A stretch of DNA of 64,000 nucleotides from a virus (IMGVR_UViG_2814123293_000008:1-64000); one strand, 5' to 3'; numbered from the stretch's first letter, positions 26,164 to 35,074 are shown. Numbers and translations: made by a program. The notes: a model not told the origin generated them from the letters alone.

Positions 26164-28143
26164 CTACCATTCGTCGTAATATTTTTTCAGCGCGGAACCG
26201 CGCTTGGTCTGCTTTTTGGGGGGCGGCGGAGCCGTTGCAACGCCCGTAGAGGGGGCTTTCCCCCGGGCCGCCTTTAGCCGCCTGTCTATCTCGTCCAGGT
26301 TGGCAGGCAGGGCCTTGAATGCGGCCAGGGCGTAGTTGCGGCAATCCAGGGCTTCGTTGCGCTCGTGGCCGGGTATCTTCTCCCACACCCAGGGCTGCTT
26401 CTTGGCCGGGTCATATACCAGGTGCTCGGAGAGCAGGCCGGTAAAGTAGCCGGGGCCGTAGTCGTCCCGCCTCGGGAAGTGGCAGTACTTCGAGCCCGGC
26501 TTCTGCACCTTGAGGTTGTCCATGATGATCTGCTTACCGGAGTCGACGCCGAGCTGGTACTGCCAGCAGGTGCCGATGGCGACCTGATTGACCACGATCT
26601 TCATCTTCTTCGGCGGAGAGGTGTAGGGCTTATCCGCCCCGGGCATACCCTTGATGCAGAACACCTTGCGGGAGATGCGCGCCCGGCATTGGAGGCGGAC
26701 GTCCTGGGTGAAGTGGCCGCCCTCGTCCACGAAGGTCATAGAGCTTCGGAGTCCCAGGCCGTCCTCGAAGCGGAACACTCGGTTGAACACCATCTCGTCC
26801 AGCTTGGCCCAGGTATCCGGGTCATCCGGCCTGCCCATGACGATGCCCTTTTCAATGCCCCAGGTTTCCCCGAAGTGGCCGTGCCCGACGACCTCATACT
26901 CCATGCGGTCGTCCTGGGTGTCCACGCCGGCGGTGAGCACTAGCACCCCCTCCGGCAGCTCCACGGGAGCGCCGTCCGGCCGGGTGCCGTAGTCCTCCCG
27001 GCGGGCCATGAGGCTGTCCTCGTCCTCCAGGTCGCCGCGGTCTTCCCACAGCAGGCCGAAGCAGGTGTTGTAGACCACCTGGAGCTTCCGGGTGTTGCCG
27101 ATCGCTTTGAGATACTTGAGCACGATGGAGCTCCAGGAAGCCCACTGGCTGACAAAGGCATTTAGCCAGAAAGAGCGGACGCCCTGGGCGTATGCATCGG
27201 GGTTGTCCGCCTCCCAGCGCGCGGGCTGGTGCTTCATGGTCGTCTCGTTGGAGATACACCCGCAGCCAGGACAGACGTACCAGACGCGCAGCACCTTGAA
27301 GGTCTTGCGGCCAGCCACCACGCTTTCCTCGTGCTCATAGCGGATGTCCTCGAAGTTGATCTCGTGGTACTCTCCGCAGTGGGGGCATTTGCTTTTCCAC
27401 CGCTCCATCGTGCCCTCGGCGTAGGACGCCTCGATTGCGCTGGCGTTCTTAACGGTGGGGGTGCTGACCTCCAGAGCCTTGGCGTTGTAGAACGTGGTCT
27501 GTCGGGCCTGGGCCAGTTCCCAGGGGTCACCCTCGTTGCCGGCGGAGGTCGCCCAGCGGTCGCGCTCGTCCCCCATGATGTAGCGGATGGGCTTGGATGC
27601 CAGAGCGTGGGCCTCGGTGGAACCGCACATCGTCAGGATGCCGCCGGGGTATGTCTTTTGCAGGATGGTGTTTCCGCTGTCGCGGCTTTTGGGGTCCGCC
27701 ACCTTCTTTTTGAGGGTGGGGCAGTCCCGGATCATCGGAGCGATACGGAGCTTGGAGTACTCCTTGGCGTCAATGGTCGTGGGGTGGACGAACAGGATGG
27801 AGCCGGGATCCTCGTCGATGATATAGCCGATGGTGTTGTTGAGGAATTCCGACTTTCCCACCTGGGACGCCGCCACCATGACGATGCGGCGCACCCGGGG
27901 GTCGGTAAATGCGTCCATCGGCTCCCGGAGGTAAGGGGTGCGGTCGGTGCGCCAGGGGCCAGGCTCGGCGCTGGCCTCGGTGGACAGGCGGCGGTTTTTC
28001 TCCGCCCATTCCGTTACGGTCAGGTCATCCGGCGGCTTCATGCCGGCCAAGACCTTCGCGATGACGGCGTTCAGCCGCTTTACCCGCTCGCGGGTCTCTT
28101 TCTCCCCAATGAGCCGGCGCGTTTCCTTATCCGTCATCGGCAT
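26164..28143 (-). CDS. terL: Terminase large subunit (lambda GpA family)
   Basis: GPWRTDRTPY, SQVGKSE Walker A, GDERDR Walker B, STPT, GVDTQDDR, NEALDC motifs. Confidence 0.97.
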   Translation of the reverse strand: MPMTDKETRRLIGEKETRERVKRLNAVIAKVLAGMKPPDDLTVTEWAEKNRRLSTEASAEPGPWRTDRTPYLREPMDAFTDPRVRRIVMVAASQVGKSEFLNNTIGYIIDEDPGSILFVHPTTIDAKEYSKLRIAPMIRDCPTLKKKVADPKSRDSGNTILQKTYPGGILTMCGSTEAHALASKPIRYIMGDERDRWATSAGNEGDPWELAQARQTTFYNAKALEVSTPTVKNASAIEASYAEGTMERWKSKCPHCGEYHEINFEDIRYEHEESVVAGRKTFKVLRVWYVCPGCGCISNETTMKHQPARWEADNPDAYAQGVRSFWLNAFVSQWASWSSIVLKYLKAIGNTRKLQVVYNTCFGLLWEDRGDLEDEDSLMARREDYGTRPDGAPVELPEGVLVLTAGVDTQDDRMEYEVVGHGHFGETWGIEKGIVMGRPDDPDTWAKLDEMVFNRVFRFEDGLGLRSSMTFVDEGGHFTQDVRLQCRARISRKVFCIKGMPGADKPYTSPPKKMKIVVNQVAIGTCWQYQLGVDSGKQIIMDNLKVQKPGSKYCHFPRRDDYGPGYFTGLLSEHLVYDPAKKQPWVWEKIPGHERNEALDCRNYALAAFKALPANLDEIDRRLKAARGKAPSTGVATAPPPPKKQTKRGSALKKYYDEW

Positions 28144-28750
28144 CACGCCCGCTGTCAGCTTCCCAGGCCCTCCGCTCCCGGACGCGCTCCTCGTATTTCT
28201 TTGGGTCATAGCGGTAGTTGGAGAGCTCCCGCATGGCCTTGTTGACCTCGCGGCGGATGATCTCGGCGGCCTCCGCCGGGGACTGGGCTGCGGCCACGTC
28301 CACGGCCAGGCGGCCGGGCAGGGCCATCATCGCCCCGCGAATGGCGTAAATCAGGTCGGTGGTCATCGCGGCCACGTCCTCGCTCCGGTGCATTTTCCCC
28401 TGGAGCTCGTCGGCCTCGGCCTTGGCGATCTGGGCGCGGGCCACCTTCATCGTGACCTCGGCGGCGCTCTTGGCCTCCTCCCGCTTGATTTCCTGCTCAG
28501 ACTTTTCAGGCCCCGCGCGGGCCTTGAGCATGGCGCAGTAGGCGCGCATCGTCTCGCCGAGCTCGAACAGGTTCCCGTGCGGGGTGCTGCGCTTGTGCAG
28601 CGTTCCCTGGGCCACCAACTGGCCGACCCACTGGTTACTGTTCCCGGTAGCCGAGCAGATGTCGGCGGTCTTGACGTAGACGGGAGTGCCAGCACGCAGC
28701 ACATAGACGGCGCCGTCCTCCACGACAATATCCTGTTTTCTTGGTGCCAT
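28127..28750 (-). CDS. terS: Terminase small subunit (Nu1-like)
   Basis: N-terminal wHTH-like segment then coiled coil (AKAEADELQGKMHRSEDV); directly upstream of terL. Confidence 0.85.
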   Translation of the reverse strand: MAPRKQDIVVEDGAVYVLRAGTPVYVKTADICSATGNSNQWVGQLVAQGTLHKRSTPHGNLFELGETMRAYCAMLKARAGPEKSEQEIKREEAKSAAEVTMKVARAQIAKAEADELQGKMHRSEDVAAMTTDLIYAIRGAMMALPGRLAVDVAAAQSPAEAAEIIRREVNKAMRELSNYRYDPKKYEERVRERRAWEADSGRDADDG

Positions 28751-28936
28751 GGGCTGCGCTCCTTTCCTGGCCTGTGGCCCTCCGCCCGGCGTCCGGGGCA
28801 TTTCTGCCCCGGGCCAGGCTATAAAAATAGGAGGCGGGCGTCCCACGCCCGGCGGAAGGTCACGAGATGTCGATATTTTTTACTGAGATTTCAATTAAAG
28901 TTCCCCTATTTCGCGCGCACTAACTAATCGTTTTTT

Positions 28937-28987
28937 GGGGTCGGCGAGCCCGCGGCGTGTGGGGCGGGGGTCGTCACAGTACCTTTT
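28937..28987 (-). other. Putative cos packaging site
   Basis: AAAAGGTACTGT then GC-rich CGCGGGCTCGCCGACCCC upstream of terS, resembling the lambda cosQ/cosN arrangement; followed by an AT-rich tract. Confidence 0.4.
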
Positions 28988-29056
28988 GCCGTCGTCGCCT
29001 GTTGCAACGCATTTCCCCGCCCTCAGCGCGACGATGCCGAGAGGGGGAGGGAGCAA

Positions 29057-29108
29057 CACAGCCAGACGCAGATACGCCGCTCTCGTGCGATGTATGCGTC
29101 TGGCTGTG
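29057..29108. repeat. 14-bp perfect inverted repeat just downstream of the IbrB-like gene
   Basis: CACAGCCAGACGCA (29057-29070) / TGCGTCTGGCTGTG (29095-29108). Confidence 0.85.
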
Positions 29109-29116
29109 GTATTGTG

Positions 29117-29641
29117 TTATAACTTCGTCAGCAATTCCGCATGGCTATATCCCTTAACGCCCTTGGTCATCATGCCGAGGAAGTCATCGCGCGAGAAATC
29201 AGAGAGCCGGAATACTTCTTCGGGTTTCATTCCGAGCTGTTTGCCGATCTCCTGAACGGACTTGCCCTCGTCCAGCAGCCGCTTTACGATGGCTTTCATC
29301 GGCTCAAGCAGATGTGTACCACGAGCGCGGTTGTGTGTGACGGTGCCGTAAATATCCTCGGTCGCGTCATCATGCCGCACGATCACCACCGGCACCTTGC
29401 CTTTGAGCATGGTGTGCAGCGGCTCCTCTCCGGCCACGGTCCAGCGGTGAAAGCCGTCGATGATGGTGTAGTCGGGACGCACGACGATGGGAAGCGTCCA
29501 GCCATTGGTCATGATCGATTGCACCAGCAGTTTCAGATTCTCACGGTTGACCTTGTTGGGGTTGTAGTCATTGGGCTTGAGCTGCTCCCGGTCTACCCAT
29601 TGCAGGGAGGATAACGGGGCGAACAGATCCGCGTCAGCCAT
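29117..29641 (-). CDS. ibrB: ParB/Srx-domain protein, IbrB/YbdM-like
   Basis: LKPNDYNPN, GWTLPIV, IIDGFHR, THNRARG motifs; start overlaps the upstream stop. Confidence 0.85.
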   Translation of the reverse strand: MADADLFAPLSSLQWVDREQLKPNDYNPNKVNRENLKLLVQSIMTNGWTLPIVVRPDYTIIDGFHRWTVAGEEPLHTMLKGKVPVVIVRHDDATEDIYGTVTHNRARGTHLLEPMKAIVKRLLDEGKSVQEIGKQLGMKPEEVFRLSDFSRDDFLGMMTKGVKGYSHAELLTKL

Positions 29642-30788
29642 TTGCCTCACCTCCCTTCCGGAAGCGCTTGGCGTAATCGGCATAGGCGCAGGATATGTCC
29701 TGATAGATGGCGCGCAGGGTGCGGAGCTTGGGATCACCAGCAGTCAGACCGCCGTACATTTTCTTGTAGTCGCGCGGCCGCGCCATTCCGTCCATCTGAA
29801 TGAACATCTTGCGGTACTGCTTGGCGATCTTGCGCTTATGCTCCGTGTTGAAGAAGTCTCCCGGACGGACGAACAGCATCTCCTTCAGGAGCGCACGGTA
29901 GTCCTTGGTGTCCTCGCCCTCCAGCTCCCGGCGCTTCCTTGTGGTGCGGTGGAACATTTCGCTGTCCCAGTACAGCATGGCAAGGTAGGCATTCGGCTCG
30001 CGCCGAAGGACGCGCTCCATGAGAGATGGGTCATATTCGCCCAGGTGTACCAGCACAGGTACGGTATCAACAGAGAAGAACTGCGACACGCGCAGCTGAT
30101 TCCGATTGACGCCGACCTGATACATCTGCAGGTAGACCTCGGGGACTTCGATGCGCTGGTCTCGCAGGTACAGCCAGACGTCCGCCGTCTTCCAGTCGTA
30201 GATGGGATAGATGGTGTTCGTGCCGGTGATGCCCTTTGCGCCCATATTTAGTGCCGCCATATATTGGAGCCGCTGAATGGACTCTGCCGCGCGGACGCCG
30301 GTGATCATGATGCCGTCCATCGTCACGCGGGGCAGGAAGGATTGATAGTTGTCGATCCTTGGCCGGAGCTGCGGGTGATTGCGGATGGCAAAGGGCGGCG
30401 GCTGCCGCACCCAGACATCGCGCTTGCGCCGATCCCAGCAGACGAAGGTTTCATCGCTGGACAGCTCATTGAGACAGCTGAAATGCTTGACCTCGATGCA
30501 CCACCATTGAAACTTGGCACCGGCAAGCAGGAACTTCTTCCGCCACGCCTTGGTCGTTGCTTCAATGGAATCGAAGATTGCCTCCTCGTCCACGAAAAGG
30601 ACGGTCAACTGCGAGGGATTGATCTCTCCAGCCTGGATCAGCTTATAGGTCAGGTCGGCAAGAACGATGCTGTCCTTGCCGCCGGAAAACGAGAGGTATA
30701 CGGGGACGCCGTTGGAAAATACGTTTTTGATCCGCTGGCGCGCCGCAGTCACAACGTCGATGTCTGAGCTGATGCGCTTTACAGCCAT
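29634..30788 (-). CDS. ibrA: PAPS-reductase-fold PP-loop protein, IbrA/YbdN-like
   Basis: SFSGGKDS PP-loop, FVDEE, GVRAAESIQR, YPIYDW motifs; paired with the IbrB-like gene. Confidence 0.88.
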   Translation of the reverse strand: MAVKRISSDIDVVTAARQRIKNVFSNGVPVYLSFSGGKDSIVLADLTYKLIQAGEINPSQLTVLFVDEEAIFDSIEATTKAWRKKFLLAGAKFQWWCIEVKHFSCLNELSSDETFVCWDRRKRDVWVRQPPPFAIRNHPQLRPRIDNYQSFLPRVTMDGIMITGVRAAESIQRLQYMAALNMGAKGITGTNTIYPIYDWKTADVWLYLRDQRIEVPEVYLQMYQVGVNRNQLRVSQFFSVDTVPVLVHLGEYDPSLMERVLRREPNAYLAMLYWDSEMFHRTTRKRRELEGEDTKDYRALLKEMLFVRPGDFFNTEHKRKIAKQYRKMFIQMDGMARPRDYKKMYGGLTAGDPKLRTLRAIYQDISCAYADYAKRFRKGGEANG

Positions 30789-31384
30789 ATCCGCTCACCA
30801 CATTTCGGGCAGAGGATAAACCTCTTAGCGGGCTCGGTGGAAGACGCCGTGCCGCTCTGTGCGGGTGCGACTTCCTCAGCCTGCGCCGCAGCAGCTTCTT
30901 CCCGGGCGGCGTATTTCTCGCGCGTCTCGGTGATGGCCGCAGCCTGCTCCGGCTCAATGGTGCCGTACTCAAGCAGGGCGTCGCTGGCTTCGTCAGCCTC
31001 CATCACCATCGCACGGAGAAGATCCTCTTCGTAGCCGGGAATGTCCAGGTCGTCTTTCAGGTCGAGGATAAAAGCGTCCAGCGCGGCCAAATCGTCAACA
31101 CCCAGGTCAAAGACGCGGTTATCGGCCAGCATGAGCTTTTTCTTCTCTGCCTCAGTCAGCCCGGACACAACATAGCAGTCCGCTTCTGTGCGGCCGAGGG
31201 ACAGCAGCGTTTCATACAAGCCGTTGCCGGCGAGAATAACGCCGTCCTCGTCGACCACGATGGGGCGGATCTGACCGAACATTTCGACAGAGCGTCGGAA
31301 CTCCTTCAGCTGCTTGTCGGTGTGCATTCGGACATTCCGATCCGGTCGCCGCAGCTCGGTCAGAGGCTTCTTTATGACCTTCAT
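30779..31384 (-). CDS. ParB-N domain protein with C-terminal CPKCG knuckle
   Basis: NVRMH, IRPIVVD, ILAGNG, LADNR motifs; ends ILCPKCGERIWL. Confidence 0.82.
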   Translation of the reverse strand: MKVIKKPLTELRRPDRNVRMHTDKQLKEFRRSVEMFGQIRPIVVDEDGVILAGNGLYETLLSLGRTEADCYVVSGLTEAEKKKLMLADNRVFDLGVDDLAALDAFILDLKDDLDIPGYEEDLLRAMVMEADEASDALLEYGTIEPEQAAAITETREKYAAREEAAAAQAEEVAPAQSGTASSTEPAKRFILCPKCGERIWL

Positions 31385-32163
31385 GCCTGCACCCCCTTCA
31401 AGAAGGCGCGAGCGCTGTCGATCTTTTCAGCCGCCGCAAGGACGATGCTGTGGTCGATATCGTAGACCTCGTGCCAGCCGTTCTCGATGCTGCCCGTCCA
31501 TTGGCGGGCGGGCCACGGGTGAGTGCCGCACAGATATCCGTTCTTCCAGCCGTAGATCGGCGGAAGCGGGAGCTGATGGTAGTGAATATAGGCAAGGATG
31601 TGCTCATGCTTCCACGCAGCGAGCGGGCTGAATCGCGTAACACCTTTGCCATCGGTATAGATATTGCTGTTGCGACCGACATAATTGCCGTCCGCACGGC
31701 GGCGGCCGAGAATGATGACGTCCAGCTCGTGCGCCTTGAAGTATTCACGCTGCGCTCGGTGCTGCACGATAGAAAACCATCGTCCGGCCGCGGCGGAGCC
31801 CTTGGGGAAAAGCATCTCTTGATGCTTCGCCAGCCAGTCGATATCCTGATGCGTGTTGATGACTTCACAGCCTGCCGGCTTATGCTCCTCGATCCACGCG
31901 GCAAAAGCGGGGTATTCCAGGTCGCACACGCCGATCATACTATCGGTGACGCCGGCCGCTTCACAGAGTTTGCCAAGGACAATACTGTCCTTACCAGCGC
32001 TCCATGCGTAGGCAGCACACTTCCCAGCCGTCACGGCCTTGATGTCCGCCACGGTCGCGGCAGTAAGTTCGTCCAGCTCTGCGCGGGAAACGGCTTCTTC
32101 GATAGTTGCAACGGCATCCAGCCACGCGCCGTTGTCGATCCTCTGCTTCCTTCCGAGACTCAT
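31381..32163 (-). CDS. Second PP-loop / adenine nucleotide alpha-hydrolase (PAPS-reductase-like) protein
   Basis: AWSAGKDS PP-loop, ILGRRRAD, SPLAAW motifs; ATG overlaps the symporter stop (ATGA). Confidence 0.82.
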   Translation of the reverse strand: MSLGRKQRIDNGAWLDAVATIEEAVSRAELDELTAATVADIKAVTAGKCAAYAWSAGKDSIVLGKLCEAAGVTDSMIGVCDLEYPAFAAWIEEHKPAGCEVINTHQDIDWLAKHQEMLFPKGSAAAGRWFSIVQHRAQREYFKAHELDVIILGRRRADGNYVGRNSNIYTDGKGVTRFSPLAAWKHEHILAYIHYHQLPLPPIYGWKNGYLCGTHPWPARQWTGSIENGWHEVYDIDHSIVLAAAEKIDSARAFLKGVQA

Positions 32164-33542
32164 GCTCTCACCGCCTTTCTCGAGGCGATAACAGCGACAA
32201 GGCCGCTGGACAGGACGGTCGTCAGACTGCCTGCCGCTTTCACAGCCGGAATGCCGGCGAGATTGCCGTAGGCGAAGATTGGAAGCCCGACACACAGCGC
32301 AGTCAGCACACCGGCAAAAACGCCCTTGCCCGTCAGCTTCTTACCGAGCAGCGTCATGACCGTCGGCAGCAGCGTCGAAGCGCGGAGCGTTCCGTAGAAC
32401 AGAAACAGGTATGTCACCGTCAGGCCGGGAATGTTGGCGATGGCGATAGCCACGATCAGCAGGCAAAGCATGGTGCGGCGCGAAGTCTGCACCGTGTCCT
32501 TCCCAATGCCGAGCCAGTCTGTCGTGAGCGACGCTGCCGCGCAAAGGTTGCTATCTACCGTGGAGAGCAGGCCGGAGATAATCATAAACAGGAACGGGAC
32601 CAGCACCCATGTCGGAAGCAGCGAGGAAACGAATTCAAAGTTGACCATGCCGGTGTCGCTGGCCACAAAGTCGGAGCCTGCGGCAAGGAAGCCCACCGTT
32701 CCCATACAGATCGGAACGAGCGCAAACAAAAGCGCACCGGCAAAAAACGATCTGCCGATGCGGTCGCGCCTGATTGCGAAAGCTCGCTGCCAGAAGCACT
32801 GATCCCCGAACGGGCCAGAGATCAGACCGACAGCCATCGGCAGACCGTAGCCCAGCAGGACCTCAATGCCCGTGGAGGAGATGAGCGAAGTATATTCTCC
32901 GGAGACAGCACCGAGCCCTGCCCGTACCGTGTCAAAGCCGCCGGTCATGCGAAGGCTCAGAACGACCAGCAGAGCGCCACCCATGAGAATAATGCCCAGC
33001 TGGACGACATCGGTGATGATGGAGGCTTTCAGCCCGGAGAAGCGGGAGTAGGAATATGCGATAGCTGCCAGGGCGAGCGTCATGCTCCAGAATGGCAGCC
33101 CCGTAATGAGAGCCAGCGTCTTTCCCCCGGCGAGCAGCTGCACCGCCGTTGAAAGAACGGCCAGCGCGCCGAGCTGGAAGGAGTAGACGCCCTTGACCTT
33201 GCCGGAGTGATAGCGCTCCGCCATGTAGCCGGTCAAGGTGATGCCCTCCGGGTACTGCGCCCGGATCCTTTTTGCAAAGGGGATAAACAGGATCAGGCAC
33301 AGCACATTCGGTACCGTAAACCAGAACATCCCCGGGATGCCGCGCGTATAGGCCATCTCCGAGGAAGTGAACAGTGAGGGAGCCCAAATCCAAGTGGCGG
33401 CGATGCTCATGGCGGCAATCGCCGAGCCGATGCGCCGGTCCGCCACATGGAAGCCCTCTGCGTCGGTCGTCTTTCGGGTGAACATCAGCGTGACACCGAT
33501 CATCAGCACCGCATAGACGGCCAGAATGACAATTCCGAACAT
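32160..33542 (-). CDS. Sodium:solute symporter family transporter
   Basis: About 13 hydrophobic segments; ADRRIG, SIAATWIWAPSL, MAERY, DQCFWQRAFA, STVDS motifs; AAAAGGAG RBS. Confidence 0.9.
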   Translation of the reverse strand: MFGIVILAVYAVLMIGVTLMFTRKTTDAEGFHVADRRIGSAIAAMSIAATWIWAPSLFTSSEMAYTRGIPGMFWFTVPNVLCLILFIPFAKRIRAQYPEGITLTGYMAERYHSGKVKGVYSFQLGALAVLSTAVQLLAGGKTLALITGLPFWSMTLALAAIAYSYSRFSGLKASIITDVVQLGIILMGGALLVVLSLRMTGGFDTVRAGLGAVSGEYTSLISSTGIEVLLGYGLPMAVGLISGPFGDQCFWQRAFAIRRDRIGRSFFAGALLFALVPICMGTVGFLAAGSDFVASDTGMVNFEFVSSLLPTWVLVPFLFMIISGLLSTVDSNLCAAASLTTDWLGIGKDTVQTSRRTMLCLLIVAIAIANIPGLTVTYLFLFYGTLRASTLLPTVMTLLGKKLTGKGVFAGVLTALCVGLPIFAYGNLAGIPAVKAAGSLTTVLSSGLVAVIASRKAVRA

Positions 33543-33772
33543 TTTGGAAATCTCCTTTTATGATGTCACCGCTGCCCTCTGCTGGCGAACATCGGACCCG
33601 GCGCATGACCGGCGCGCAAGGAGTAACGCGCAGGCCTCAACCTCCTTCCCAAACGAATGACGGCCACCCCGCGAGGGATGGCCGCCTGGCTTATGTAGGA
33701 TTTTACGAGTCTAATCCTAATACATGGTGCGGGGAATATCAAGAAACGAGTTGCAACAGCGAAGAACAGCTT
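33543..33772 (-). promoter_or_regulatory. Putative late promoter and multi-hairpin leader
   Basis: Lies between the ArpU/RinA-like activator and the first late gene; roughly 10-bp-spaced CTGTT/TCGTT repeats, then five consecutive hairpins. Confidence 0.45.
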
Positions 33773-34150
33773 TTAACTACCGAGGTAGCGGTAACACACC
33801 ATCTTTACCGAATCCTCCGAATTGCGGCCTCCTATGACCGCTGCGACCTCTTTCCATGCGAGCCCTCTCAGGAAGCGCAGCCGGAAGATCAGGCGCGTCT
33901 GGTCATCGTCGATGCCTTGAATGAACGGCATGATCTGTCCCTCGCTGGCCTTGACCTCTTCCTCCAGAAAGCCGACACGCGCATCCATATCCACAATCTC
34001 AGCTGCGAGGTCGCCGACCTTATCCTTTATGCCGGGAGTATGCGGCATACCTGTGAGGGCAGCCGCGCCGGGGCAAGCCGCGTCACGCAAGGACTGTAGC
34101 ATCTCCCTTGCCCTTGCCAGTTTCTCTATCAGCTCAAAATGCTGATTCAA
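33773..34150 (-). CDS. Late transcription activator (ArpU/RinA-like, sigma region-4-like HTH)
   Basis: RLIFRLRFLRGLAWKEVAAVIG...SEDSVK..CYRY; last early gene; true start may be slightly upstream. Confidence 0.78.
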   Translation of the reverse strand: MNQHFELIEKLARAREMLQSLRDAACPGAAALTGMPHTPGIKDKVGDLAAEIVDMDARVGFLEEEVKASEGQIMPFIQGIDDDQTRLIFRLRFLRGLAWKEVAAVIGGRNSEDSVKMVCYRYLGS

Positions 34151-34187
34151 TTCCGAAAGCGTCGTAATAGCTCACCCCAATCTGTTC

Positions 34188-34376
34188 TTACTTCCTCTTG
34201 CCGCCCTGTCGGCTGACAGTCTCTCCAATCTGCATTTGCCGGTATGATGGCTGCACTACCTCTACCGACACCACACGGGTATCTCCGTACCGCTCCAAAT
34301 CCTGAGCAATCTGCTCCTTTATGCCAATGGCCTGCCCCGCCGGGGCGTTCACATGAACGGTGATGACGAGCATCAT
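34188..34376 (-). CDS. Hypothetical protein
   Basis: 62-aa ORF with GGAG RBS, overlapping the upstream gene. Confidence 0.6.
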   Translation of the reverse strand: MMLVITVHVNAPAGQAIGIKEQIAQDLERYGDTRVVSVEVVQPSYRQMQIGETVSRQGGKRK

Positions 34377-35074
34377 CGCACCGTCTGATAGGCGCGAGCT
34401 TTCTTGTTATAGGCCAGATCGACCGGCGCGCCGCAGGAAAGGCAGCTGTAGGTGAAGACGTCCCCCTCGAAATTCGTCCGGTATTTGAAGTGCTTTCCGC
34501 ACTTGCAGCGGATGTGCGCCGACGTGAGATCGTGCAGCGGCGTCTCTCCGTTGCAGGTTGCGCACCGATAGGACGAGATAGGCTGTTTTGCGTAAAAGCC
34601 GCGCAGCTCGCCGCATTGTGCGCACCGAATAAGCAGAAATCCCTTGTATGTCTTCGGCGTGGTCTCCTCGGCTTCCGCTCTATCAGGGATAGCCCAGGCC
34701 TCTTTCGGCCCGAACATAGTCTCCGCGCGGCTGGGCTTTGCACGAAGCAAAGTCGGCTCTGCCTTGTGTATCTCCGGCAGGGAGGCCTTCGTTGCAGCCC
34801 CGCGCCACACAGGGCGGCAGTCTATGCCATTCCCGAGGCGGCAATGCCATCTGTTCGCGCCGCTGAATTCCTCTTTCTCTCCATGCTCGCAGTATTCGCA
34901 GTTGCCGTTCAGCCAAAGCAGAGCGGCAATATCGGTCGCGGCGGCGTTGATCGCCTCCTCCGCTCCCGCAAACTCCTGCACCAAGTCAAAAAGACGGCTG
35001 TAATCGTCATACTGAATACGCCCGTTCTCATTCAGCTCATTGATAAAATCGAGCAGGTTTTCAAATCGTTCCAT
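34373..35074 (-). CDS. Zn-ribbon-containing hypothetical protein
   Basis: Multiple CxxC pairs (CEYC, CAQC, CATC, CKC, CLSC). Confidence 0.7.
   Translation of the reverse strand: MERFENLLDFINELNENGRIQYDDYSRLFDLVQEFAGAEEAINAAATDIAALLWLNGNCEYCEHGEKEEFSGANRWHCRLGNGIDCRPVWRGAATKASLPEIHKAEPTLLRAKPSRAETMFGPKEAWAIPDRAEAEETTPKTYKGFLLIRCAQCGELRGFYAKQPISSYRCATCNGETPLHDLTSAHIRCKCGKHFKYRTNFEGDVFTYSCLSCGAPVDLAYNKKARAYQTVR

Noticed and set aside
29117-33542. Canonical Dnd/Ssp phosphorothioation or 7-deazaguanine (dpd/que) pathway
   Set aside because: No cysteine desulfurase, DndB/D/E, SspB-E, FolE, QueD/E or TGT-like genes are recognisable; only the PP-loop fold is shared.
2797-33760. Recurring GTTGCAAC palindrome (2798, 29001, 33750 and others) as an operator
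   Set aside because: It also occurs repeatedly inside coding regions as Val-Ala-Thr codons, so enrichment is not convincing without a count.
33543-33772. Known riboswitch (TPP, SAM-I, preQ1, lysine, FMN) upstream of the transporter
   Set aside because: I could not find the conserved core sequences of these classes; kept only as an unclassified structured leader.
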